This document shows positions 29,701 to 37,540 of a stretch of DNA of 64,000 nucleotides, in pieces. Positions within the stretch are counted from its first letter, which is position 1. Each line of letters starts with the position of its first letter. The notes beneath the pieces were generated by a model. That model saw nothing but the letters and a program-made list of their open reading frames with translations, was not told where the DNA came from and ran no database searches. Position numbers and translations under genes: made by a program. Source of the stretch: an uncultured Acidobacteriota bacterium (GTDB lineage: Bacteria > Acidobacteriota > Thermoanaerobaculia > UBA5066 > DATFVB01); contig CAVZCI010000014.1 in NCBI GenBank assembly GCA_963773815.1, forward strand, positions 271,246-335,245, read 5' to 3'.

Positions 29701-29781
29701 CGCCGAAGCTCCCTGTCCGAACAGGGGCGCGGCGCAGACGGCTGCCATCAGACAGATGGCGAATAGTCTGAACACCTTCAT
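26770..29781 (-). CDS. CarboxypepD_reg-domain TonB-dependent-receptor-like outer-membrane protein (paralogue 1)
   Basis: 1003 aa. Signal peptide MKVFRLFAICLMAAVCAAPLFGQ. GKVTDESGGALPGVSVTLTG...GEFRFLNLAPGSYTV is the regulatory-like domain, followed by a plug-like region. C-terminal barrel ends in RFGARLSF. Confidence 0.85.
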   Translation of the reverse strand: MKVFRLFAICLMAAVCAAPLFGQGASATYGNIYGKVTDESGGALPGVSVTLTGGGGARTATSGGQGEFRFLNLAPGSYTVKTELNGFSTVERTNVTVSLGSNTELAIPMKIASVATTITVSSETPLLDTRRVTSGSDFTQDQLKSIPTARDPWVVLQQVPSVQVDRINVAGSESGQQDYYTGKGVDGFQNAWMVDGVTVTDMSALGGSSTYYDFDAFQEMQATTGGSDPSISVPGVTMNMVTKRGTNEVHGSARIFDTPNETEARANRSAVGPYSASLGGPSTLSVGSGNRIDHIQDYGVEAGGPLWPDKAWLWGSYGRDQIDLIKLSSAAPDQTTLENYSGKLNVQPVESNSATMFFFRGDKIKNGRTAVSDRGQGTAWNQTGPTTIWKADDSQVLGPNVVFNATYNYLRGGFHLAPQAGLGPNMVQDANEVWQGTFYDFRTYRPQHQATANASFFFNTGSIGHELKFGFGYRHIIGGSTTTWPGNQDINYLNYNGTGQSYVKVFRNVAVNETMTYYDAYVGDTLTTGNLTMNVGLRYDDQKGVNAASSAPGNNSVCDPGQAFSLANPCVPGINYAGGATELHYKDWEPRIGLTYALGAQKSTLLRASYSRFADELGSATVAFDNPVGYTYMLYPFTDANHNGLADAGELGGFAAYGGIDPSNPNSLSSPNKIDRNLKNTKTDEFMVGVDHQILPELVAGLTYTHRHRFDFFNNNFIGVTASDFVLDPNKSGLNAYDQQGNLIGKTGNYYDFIAPAGFNGGQILQQLDGYSTDYNGVELQMTKRLSNRWMAHGSFAYTDWTQNVDNSNACLSQSGPGGTKGPTNVLTQIGASCADGAEVWFQSKGSGNKTDVYISSKWQFNISGMYQLPWNFNIAANLFGRQGYLVPYYASVSGGDVGASLGSRLVIVGNSDDHRLKNLYQLDLRAEKVLPLFQKADLTLSVDLFNALNSDTILQQAAQLSTSACGPNVGSNPGGTNCGGKGNRVEERQSPRVLRFGARLSF

Positions 29782-29966
29782 GAGACTCCTTCCCGGCCTC
29801 TGTGAGGCCTATTGTCGATGTGTGCGCAGAGCAACCGTTCTGCCAATGCGCGCGTCCGCAGTCGCGCTGTGATGACCGACTGTTGAACCCGATGGTTCAG
29901 TTCGAAATCTCCGGCCCAGTGAATGCGAATACAAGGAATTGATTGTCGGACTGCTGACTGCGCAGT

Positions 29967-30372
29967 TCATTGTCGTCTCGCGCCGCCGACAACGAGGGAG
30001 CCCCACTGAAGAAGGTCGTGAAGCTCTTGCCTGCTGTAACCCGCCGCGACGAGATCTCTGACCAGTTGCGCGATCTCCGGCCTCGCGAGAAGAATCGCCT
30101 TGACGTCCGGTGGCGACGTGTCCGGCGGCCGCGAGAAAGCGATCCATGTCGAGGCCGAGCTCGGCCGCGATCCCGACCGCCCGCTGCGGCGCCGGCGGGC
30201 TGCTTCGCCCGAGCTCGAGGCGCGAGATGTAGGCGTCGCTGACACGCAGGCGGCGAGCGAGCTCCCGCACGCCGATTCCCCTCTGCCGGCGCGCATCGCG
30301 CATCATCCGGCCGAATCCGCCGGGAGATGGAGTCGCGAGGACGGAAGGTGCGCCGGCGTCGTCGGCAATCAT
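29967..30372 (-). pseudogene. XRE-family HTH regulator, single frameshift
   Basis: FGRMMRDARRQRGIGVRELARRLRVSDAYISRLELGRSSPP...LGLDMDRFLAAAGHV, then the typical tail PDVKAILLARPEIAQLVRDLVAAGYSRQEL continues in another frame (indel near 30108-30115). The ATG overlaps the upstream stop (ATGA). Confidence 0.65.
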
Positions 30373-30974
30373 CGCGTTGAGGACGCCGTCCTGTCCCCGG
30401 GACGAGCGCCGGCGCGCGGGGCGGGATCCGCGCCGCGAACGGCCTCGACGAACGAGTCAAGGAGGGCTCGAAGGAGCCCGGAGCGGGAGAGGATGAATCC
30501 GCGCCGTTCCCGGACGTCGCAGCGAAACGTGTCGATGGCGACGATGTCCGCCGTCGAAAGGCGAAGCGTAAACGACTCGAACGCGGCGGGCGAATCGCCG
30601 GGCTTTCCGGGTCGCCCGAAGTCGAGCACGGGCCTTCGTGGGGCTCTCGCCGGGTCGCTCTCGAGGCAGCGGGCGAGGCGCGTGACGGGACGTTCGGCCT
30701 GGCCGCGCGCTGTCCGGAAGTGGGAGGCGAGGAGCGTCTCGAGCGCCTGGACGGACGTGATCCGCTCGGGCTCGAGCCGGGCGCGAAAGAGCTCTTCGAC
30801 AAGGAGGCGGAGAATGTCGATCCTCATGAGGTGGCGGCCGTGAAAGGTCAGGCGGGTGGCGGAGCTCAGGCGCGAAAGGAAGTGCACCTGGTCCCGCGCG
30901 AGGCGAATCTGAGTCACGGCCACGCCGGGCGCAGGCCGCGTTGTCGAGGGGGGAGTCGTCGGCCGTTGATTCAT
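30369..30974 (-). CDS. protein with two tandem RHH-like modules
   Basis: 201 aa. Module 1 is VTQIRLARDQVHFLSRLSSATRLTFHGRHLMRIDILRLLVEELF. Module 2 is SFTLRLSTADIVAIDTFRCDVRERRGFILSRSGLLRALLDSFVE. Both are related to the 26334 product. Confidence 0.5.
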   Translation of the reverse strand: MNQRPTTPPSTTRPAPGVAVTQIRLARDQVHFLSRLSSATRLTFHGRHLMRIDILRLLVEELFRARLEPERITSVQALETLLASHFRTARGQAERPVTRLARCLESDPARAPRRPVLDFGRPGKPGDSPAAFESFTLRLSTADIVAIDTFRCDVRERRGFILSRSGLLRALLDSFVEAVRGADPAPRAGARPGDRTASSTR

Positions 30975-31111
30975 GAGGCCAATGTAGCGATGCGGCGCGG
31001 AGCGGCGTGCTCCGGGGGGATGGAAGGCTCGGGGGGCGGGACGGAGTCGCCGTTTCGCGGGACGGTCAGCTCAGCGGGCGCGGGGCGCGGGGGTTCCCGT
31101 GCCGGGATTCC

Positions 31112-31879
31112 TCAGCGGACTCGGCGGAATCGTTCGAGAGATTCGCGGTAACGGCTGGACAACATGAGCGAGGTGCCGTCTTTGAGGATCACACGCCAGT
31201 TGCCGTGAAACCAGGACTGGACTTCGCGAATCCGATCGAGGTTCACGATCGCGGATCGGTGAATCCTCGCGAAGTGCGCGGGGTCGAGAGCGGCCGCGAG
31301 ATTCTCCATCGTCGTTCGGAACGTGTGGCGCCGGGTTCCCGCGTGAAGGATCACGACGTTTCGACTGGCCTCGAACCAGTCGACGTCGGCCGTCGCGATC
31401 AGAAGGCTTCGCTCGTTCTCGCCGACGAGCAGACGTTCGAGGTATCCGTCCCGGCCGGACTCGGCCGGCAGGGAGCCCGTTTCCTCCGGGCCGGTCGGAC
31501 GCCCGGCGGCGAGCCGCTCTTTCGCGTGCTGGAGGGCCTCCCGGAAGCGTTCCGGAGAAAACGGCTTCAGGATGTAATCGAACGCATGCACTTCGAAGGC
31601 CCGAAGGGCGAATTCGTCGTAGGCGGTGACGAAAATGACCGCCGGCACGCGCGACTCGAGCGAGTCCAGAACTCCGAACCCGTCGACGTCCGGGAGCTGG
31701 ACGTCCAGAAAGACGAGATCGGGGCGGTGCCGGCCAATCTCCCGGATCGCCTCTTCGCCCATTTCGCACTCGGCGACGACCTCGAGGTCCGAATCGTCGG
31801 CGATCTGCCGCCGGATCCACTCGCGCGCGAGCGGTTCGTCGTCCACCACGAGGGTCCGGATCCGCGCCGCGGAAGTCAC
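31112..31879 (-). CDS. LytR/AlgR-family response regulator (REC + LytTR)
   Basis: VVDDEPLARE...DLVFLDVQLPDVDG receiver. LytTR part has FARIHRSAIVNLDRIREV. Confidence 0.9.
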   Translation of the reverse strand: MTSAARIRTLVVDDEPLAREWIRRQIADDSDLEVVAECEMGEEAIREIGRHRPDLVFLDVQLPDVDGFGVLDSLESRVPAVIFVTAYDEFALRAFEVHAFDYILKPFSPERFREALQHAKERLAAGRPTGPEETGSLPAESGRDGYLERLLVGENERSLLIATADVDWFEASRNVVILHAGTRRHTFRTTMENLAAALDPAHFARIHRSAIVNLDRIREVQSWFHGNWRVILKDGTSLMLSSRYRESLERFRRVR

Positions 31880-33000
31880 GAGACGCGGACCGCCTCTTCC
31901 GCGGCGGAAACGAAAGGGATTCGGATTTTCACCTCGGCGCCGCCGTCGCGCCGATTCGTCAGCGCGAACGTGTGCCGTTCGCCGTAAAGGATCGAGAGAC
32001 GGGCCCGGCAGTTGGCCAGCCCGACGCCGCGGCCGGGGCTGCCGCCCCCGGTTCGCGTCGTTGCGAAGCCGGGTCCGTCATCCCGGATGCCGATCGCGAG
32101 GCACCCGTCCTCGATACTCGCGCGCACGTCGATTGCCCCGGGTCCGGGGCGCGCCATCGCACCATGCCGGATCGCGTTCTCGACGATCGGCTGGAGCAGC
32201 AGTCCGGGAATCTGGGCGGCGAGAGCGTCGGGCTCCGCCTGAAACGAGACGTCGAGGCGCCCCGGGAACCTGTTCTTTTCGATCTCCACGTAGAGGCGCA
32301 AGGCGTCGATCTCGCGCTGCAGCGGAACCATTTGCGAGGAATCCGTCTGAAGGCTCAGCCGCAGCAGGTCGGCAAGGCAGACGACCATTCTCGCGGCGAC
32401 TTCCGGGTCGCGATAGATGAGCGGGACGATCGAGTTGAGGGAGTTGAAGAGAAAGTGCGGCCGAAGCTGGGTCTTCAGGGCCTCCATTTCCTTGCGCGCG
32501 AGCGTGACCTGCAGGGCGGCGTTTCGGCGCTCGCGATTCTGGATTCGCCCGACGGCATCGTAGCCCCACGTCGACACGACGATCGCGAGATACGCAAAGA
32601 CGTTCGTCGAGAAGTCGTAGAGAAACGTGACGCGGAGCTCCCGGGCGTCGAGGAGAGGAGCGGCTCCGCCGGTCACGACCTGAAGGACGACGACGGTCCA
32701 GATTCCCGCCGCCGCCGCCGCGAAGATCACGGCCAGCACGGCGTGACAGGCGACCGCATAGCCGATCCGCGTCGCGCGCGCTCGAATCGTCCGTGAGGCC
32801 GCCATGATCAGCGGAGTGAAGAGCAGCCAGATCCCGGCGATGAAGAGCCAGAATCCGAGCGCCTTCCCGAAGGACACCGGGCCGGCCTTCAAGAAGAGGG
32901 CTCGTTTGATCCAGTAGTCGACGGCGCACAGGACCCCTGCCAGCGTGAATGTCGAACAGACGAGAAACAGGATTCTTTTCGATTTCGACTGAATCCTCAT
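31876..33000 (-). CDS. LytS/YehU-type sensor histidine kinase
   Basis: About 5 TM segments. H-box LRPHFLFNSLNSI. N-box LLLQPIVENAIRHG. G-box DDGPGF...GVGLAN. 4-nt overlap with the regulator gene. Confidence 0.9.
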   Translation of the reverse strand: MRIQSKSKRILFLVCSTFTLAGVLCAVDYWIKRALFLKAGPVSFGKALGFWLFIAGIWLLFTPLIMAASRTIRARATRIGYAVACHAVLAVIFAAAAAGIWTVVVLQVVTGGAAPLLDARELRVTFLYDFSTNVFAYLAIVVSTWGYDAVGRIQNRERRNAALQVTLARKEMEALKTQLRPHFLFNSLNSIVPLIYRDPEVAARMVVCLADLLRLSLQTDSSQMVPLQREIDALRLYVEIEKNRFPGRLDVSFQAEPDALAAQIPGLLLQPIVENAIRHGAMARPGPGAIDVRASIEDGCLAIGIRDDGPGFATTRTGGGSPGRGVGLANCRARLSILYGERHTFALTNRRDGGAEVKIRIPFVSAAEEAVRVS

Positions 33001-33179
33001 ACGTCCTCGAGGGAAATTTATCAGACTGGCATGTTCGAAGTGAATCGCTTTCGCGCGGAGGGCGATTCAGTCCGCGCGATCTCGCGATTCGTCCCTCGTT
33101 TCGGCGCGTTCGTCCCATTTCCTTCGGTCGCAGACTCGGCAGACGCGAAGATGACGGCTCGTTGAAGGGAGATTGGCAC

Positions 33180-33548
33180 GTGAAATCCCGCGAGGAAGAA
33201 CTGCGGTCATTGAATCGGAGATACATCGAGGCGTGGCTCGCCGCCGACGTCGAGTGGTACAGGGGGCGTCTTGCCGACGACTTCGTGTGCATTGAATCCG
33301 ACGGCAACATTCTCGACAAAGCGGCGTTTCTGCGGTCGACGGCGCGCGGCGCCGACGTTTCCAGCTACGGGCTCGACGAAGTCGACGTGCGAATCTACGG
33401 CGACGTCGGACTTGTTCGAGCGGCCGGTTCGTGGGAGAAGAAGAACGGAACTCGGGGTCTAAGCCGCTACATCGACGTCTATGTGCTCTTCGAACACGAA
33501 TGGAAAGTCGTCTCGGCGCAGATCACGCGGCCGCCTCAGGGGATCTGA
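33180..33548 (+). CDS. DUF4440/SnoaL-like (NTF2 fold) protein
   Basis: GTG 33180 after GAAGGGAG. EELRSLNRRYIEAWLAADVEWYRGRLADDFVCIESDG...WKVVSAQITR pattern. Confidence 0.6.
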   Translation: MKSREEELRSLNRRYIEAWLAADVEWYRGRLADDFVCIESDGNILDKAAFLRSTARGADVSSYGLDEVDVRIYGDVGLVRAAGSWEKKNGTRGLSRYIDVYVLFEHEWKVVSAQITRPPQGI

Positions 33549-33589
33549 GCGACGGGCCGATCTTTCAACCATGAAGAGGAGGCTTCGGT

Positions 33590-33943
33590 ATGTCGACCAG
33601 GGAGATCGTTGAGCGCTATTTCGCGGCACTCGCACAGAAGGGGAGATGGGAGGCGTTCCTGGTTGACGATCTGAAGTTCACCAGCTTCACCAGCCCGATG
33701 AAGGAAGTGGCCGGCAAGGCGGCCTACCTCGAATCTACGAGACGGTTCTTTTCGATGGTCAGGGCGGTCGAAATGAAAGACCTCATCACCGAAGGAGCGA
33801 AGGTCTGTGCATTGACCCGATACGAGCTCGAAGCGCCGAGCGGGGCGAGATTTTCGACTGACGTGGCCGAACTCTTCACTGTCAGAAGCGGCAAGATCGA
33901 TACGTTCGCCATTTACTTTGACACCGCACCGTTCCCCAAGTAG
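33590..33943 (+). CDS. NTF2-like / SnoaL-like protein
   Basis: SD GAGGAGG. 117 aa. IVERYFAALAQKGRWEAF...FTVRSGKIDTFAIYFD. Confidence 0.6.
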   Translation: MSTREIVERYFAALAQKGRWEAFLVDDLKFTSFTSPMKEVAGKAAYLESTRRFFSMVRAVEMKDLITEGAKVCALTRYELEAPSGARFSTDVAELFTVRSGKIDTFAIYFDTAPFPK

Positions 33944-34033
33944 GAGCGAACATGCCACCGCGTGAGGTCCTCACCGACGGCACGTAGTCGCCGCGGAGGT
34001 GCGCCGCGGGTACTGCGTAAGAACGAATCCCCC

Positions 34034-34064
34034 AAAAAATGCCCCGCCGGTTTCCCGGCGGGGC
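34034..34064 (-). terminator. rho-independent terminator of OMP paralogue 2
   Basis: Same 10-bp stem gccccgccgg/ccggcggggc as at 26725-26749, with a 4-nt loop and a U-run on the minus transcript. Lies 97 nt after the stop because a REP element is in between. Confidence 0.8.
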
Positions 34065-34083
34065 GAGAGAAAGTCGGTCTCCG

Positions 34084-34145
34084 ACTTCACCCCCGGCCCC
34101 TCTCCGTATTTACGGAGAGGGGTGTCCGTGAGGACGGGGTGAGGT
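34084..34145. repeat. REP-like nested palindrome (copy 2)
   Basis: Outer arms acttcacccc / ggggtgaggt (1 mismatch) enclose cccctctccgta-tt-tacggagagggg. Same architecture and core as 6442-6505. Confidence 0.75.
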
Positions 34146-34160
34146 AAGCCCGGAAGCCGA

Positions 34161-37100
34161 TTAGAAGCTCAGACGAGCTCCGAACCGGAGGACCCGCGGG
34201 CTCTCGCGTTCCTCGACGCGGTTGCCCTTGCCGGGGCAGCTCGTCGTCGCGTCGGCCGTGCCGCACGCGACGGTGCTCAGCTGCGCCGCCTGCTGGATGA
34301 TCGTGTCGCTGTTCAGGGCGTTGAACATGTCGATCGAAAGCGTCAGGTCCGCCTTCTGGAAGAGCGGAAGAACCTTCTCCACCCGGAGGTCGAGCTGGTA
34401 CAGGTTCTTCAAGCGGTGGTTGTCGCTGCTGCCGACGATGACGTTGCGAGAACCGAGCGACGGCGAGGTCAGTCCGTCGTTGCAAGGCCCATTGTCGGCG
34501 GCGCAAAAGTCGCCGCCGCTCACCGAAGCGTAGTAGGGGACCAGGTAGCCCTGGCGGCCGAACAGGTTGGCCGCGATGTTGAAGTTCCAGGGCAACTGGT
34601 ACAGGCCGCTGATGTTGAACTGCCACTTCGAGCTCAGGTAGACGTCGGTCTTCGAACCGGACCCGGTGGACTGCTGAAAGTTCTGAACGCCATCTCCGCA
34701 GCTCGCTCCGCCCGGCGTGAACACGTTCGTTGGACCCTTCCAGGTCGTCAAGCCGGCGTTCGACGCCAGACAGCCGTTCGCGTTGTCGACGTTCTGCTTC
34801 CAGTCGGTGTAGGCGACGGATCCATGCGCCATCCACCGGTTGGAGAGGCGTTTCGTGAGCTGGAGCTCGACCCCATTGTAATCGGTCGTGAAGCCCGGGT
34901 CGTTGGTCAGGATCGCTCCGCCGTTGAATCCTGCCGGCGCGACGAAGTCGTAATAGTTGCCGGTCTTGCCGACGAGGTTGCCCTGCTGATCGTACGCGTT
35001 CAGCCCGCTCCGCATCGGGTCGAGGACGAAGTCCGCGGCCGTGACGCCGAGGTAGTTGCCGGTGATGTAGTCCGAGCGGTGGCGGTGCGTGTACGTTATG
35101 CCGGCGACCAGTTCCGGAAGGATCTGATGATCGACGCCGACCATGAACTCGTCGGTCTTCGTGTTCTTCAGGTTGTGCGCGATCTGGTTCGGCGAGACGA
35201 GACTGTTCGGGTTGTTCGGGTCGATTCCGGTATAGGAATAGACCGCGCCGAGCTCGCCCGGATCCGCGAGGCCGTTGTGGTTCGCGTCGGTGAAGGGATA
35301 GATCATGTACGTGTAGCTGAGCGGATTGTCATACGACACGGGTCCCGATCCGAGCTGATCTGCGTACCTCGCATAGGACGCGCGCAAAAGGGTCGACTTT
35401 TGCGAGCCGAGAGCGTAAGTCACCCCCACGCGGGGCTCCCAATCCTTGAAGTGGATTTCTGCTCCTGCTCCCGCGTAATTGAGAGCCGGGATACACGGGT
35501 TCGACAGAGAGAACGCCTGGCTCGGATCGCAGACCGACGTGTTGGCGGGCGCGCCCGAGGGGGCGTTGATGCCCTTCTGGTCGTCGTAGCGGATGCCGAC
35601 GTTGACCGTCAGGTTGTTGGCCGTCAGCGTGTCGCCGAGATAGGCGTCGTAGTACGTCATCGTCTCGTTGACCGCCAGGTTGCGTCGGATGTTGACGTAC
35701 GACTGACCCTTGCCGTTGTAGTTCAAGTAGTTGATATCCTGATTGCCGGGCCAGGTCGTCGTCGAGCCGCCGATGATCCGACGGTAGCCGAATCCGAACT
35801 TCAGCTCGTGGCCGATCGACCCGGTGTTGAAGAAGTACGAGGCGTTCGCCGTCGCCTGGTGCTGCGGACGGTACGTCGCGTAATCGTAGAACGTTCCCTG
35901 CCACACCTGGTTCGCGTCCTGGACCATGTTCGGCCCGAGGCCCGCCTGCGGGGCGAGATGGAACCCGCCGCGCACGTAGCTGTACGAGGCGTTCAGGACG
36001 AAGTTCGGCCCGAAGACCTGCGAGTCGTCGCCCTTCCAGATCACGGTCGGTCCCGTCTGGTTCCACGCCGTGCCCTGGCCTCGGTTGGAGACCGCCGTGC
36101 GTCCGTTCTTGATCTTGTCGCCGCGGAAGTAGAACGCGGTCGCCGAGTTCGATTCGACCGGCTGGATGTTCAACTTGCCGGCCCAGTTCTCGAGGGTCGT
36201 TTGGTCGGGTGCGGCCGAGGACAGTTTGACGAGATCGATCTGATCGCGACCGTAGCTTCCCCACAACCACGCCTTGTCGGCCCAGAGCGGTCCGCCCGCT
36301 TCCACGCCGTAGTCCTGGATGTGGTCGATCGAGTTGCCGCTGCCCACATGCAGGGTCGAGGGCCCACCGAGGGACGCGCTGTACGGTCCGACCGCGGAGC
36401 GGTTCGGCCGCGCCTCGGTCTCACTCGGCGTGTCGAAAATGCGCGCCGAACCGTGCACTTCGTTCGTGCCGCGCTTCGTGACCATGTTGAGCGTGACGCC
36501 GGGAACCGCGATCGAAGGATCCGATCCGCCCGTCGTCGCCTGCATTTCCTGGAACGCGTCGAAATCGTAGTACGTGGAAGAGGAGCCGAGAGCCGACATG
36601 TCGGTCACGGCCACGCCGTCGACGAGCCACGCGTTCTGGGTCGCATCGACGCCCTTGCCGATGTAATTCGACTGCTGGCCGCTCTCGCTGCCCGCCACGT
36701 TGGCCCGGTCGACCTGAACGGAAGGCACCTGCTGGAGAACGACCCACGGGTCGCGCGCCGTCGGAATGCTCTTCAGCTGGTCCTGCGTGAAGTCGGATCC
36801 CGAGCTGACCCGGCGCGTGTCGAGCAGCGGTGTCTCGGAAGACACCGTGATCGTCGTCGCCACCGAGGCGATCTTCATCGGAATCGCGACTTCCGTGTTC
36901 GATCCGAGGCTCACCGTCACGTTCGTGCGCTCGACGGTCGAGAAACCCGAAAGCTCGGTCTTCACGGTGTAGTTGCCGGGAGCCAGATTGAGGAACCGGA
37001 ATTCTCCCTGACCTCCCGTCGTCGAGGTCCGCGCGGCGCCGCCGCCGGACAGCGTGACGGAGACTCCGGGCAATGCCCCGCCCGATTCGTCCGACACTTT

Positions 37101-37202
37101 CCCGTAAATGTTGCCGTACGTCGCCGACGCTCCCTGTCCGAACAGGGGCGCGGCGCAGACGGCTGCCATCAGACAGATGGCGAGGAGTCTGAACACCTTC
37201 AT
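34161..37202 (-). CDS. CarboxypepD_reg-domain TonB-dependent-receptor-like outer-membrane protein (paralogue 2)
   Basis: 1013 aa, collinear with paralogue 1. The first ~100 nt are nearly identical at DNA level. Same C-terminal RFGARLSF. Confidence 0.85.
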   Translation of the reverse strand: MKVFRLLAICLMAAVCAAPLFGQGASATYGNIYGKVSDESGGALPGVSVTLSGGGAARTSTTGGQGEFRFLNLAPGNYTVKTELSGFSTVERTNVTVSLGSNTEVAIPMKIASVATTITVSSETPLLDTRRVSSGSDFTQDQLKSIPTARDPWVVLQQVPSVQVDRANVAGSESGQQSNYIGKGVDATQNAWLVDGVAVTDMSALGSSSTYYDFDAFQEMQATTGGSDPSIAVPGVTLNMVTKRGTNEVHGSARIFDTPSETEARPNRSAVGPYSASLGGPSTLHVGSGNSIDHIQDYGVEAGGPLWADKAWLWGSYGRDQIDLVKLSSAAPDQTTLENWAGKLNIQPVESNSATAFYFRGDKIKNGRTAVSNRGQGTAWNQTGPTVIWKGDDSQVFGPNFVLNASYSYVRGGFHLAPQAGLGPNMVQDANQVWQGTFYDYATYRPQHQATANASYFFNTGSIGHELKFGFGYRRIIGGSTTTWPGNQDINYLNYNGKGQSYVNIRRNLAVNETMTYYDAYLGDTLTANNLTVNVGIRYDDQKGINAPSGAPANTSVCDPSQAFSLSNPCIPALNYAGAGAEIHFKDWEPRVGVTYALGSQKSTLLRASYARYADQLGSGPVSYDNPLSYTYMIYPFTDANHNGLADPGELGAVYSYTGIDPNNPNSLVSPNQIAHNLKNTKTDEFMVGVDHQILPELVAGITYTHRHRSDYITGNYLGVTAADFVLDPMRSGLNAYDQQGNLVGKTGNYYDFVAPAGFNGGAILTNDPGFTTDYNGVELQLTKRLSNRWMAHGSVAYTDWKQNVDNANGCLASNAGLTTWKGPTNVFTPGGASCGDGVQNFQQSTGSGSKTDVYLSSKWQFNISGLYQLPWNFNIAANLFGRQGYLVPYYASVSGGDFCAADNGPCNDGLTSPSLGSRNVIVGSSDNHRLKNLYQLDLRVEKVLPLFQKADLTLSIDMFNALNSDTIIQQAAQLSTVACGTADATTSCPGKGNRVEERESPRVLRFGARLSF

Positions 37203-37540
37203 GAAATCTCCCTCCTTATTTCGAGTTGAGACAACGAATTTCTGTCCTTCCGGGGAGCTCTATTTCCGACGCCTCCTTTCTGAATAAATTCGAAAATGAT
37301 TAACGACATAAGTAAGATTAAATCCTTCAATTTCAATTACTTATGATAGCAATGTGGCTGCCATCATTGATGGGGCGCGAACTCATGGAGGGAAAGAGAG
37401 TTCGCGAATTCCTCGATTCTGCGGACTCCAAATTGGCGGATCTCGATTCGTGTTTCCGGATCGCGAAACACCGCTGTCGAAATCTTGTGGTGAGAGCTGT
37501 CCGAGGCGAGGGTTCGGACGCGGACTACGGAACGTCGTCT

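Noticed and set aside
28030-29766. 578-aa (+) ORF antisense to OMP1, and 937-aa (+) ORF 34416-37229 antisense to OMP2
   Set aside because: These are antisense shadows of well-supported beta-barrel genes, with Arg/Val/Asp-rich composition.
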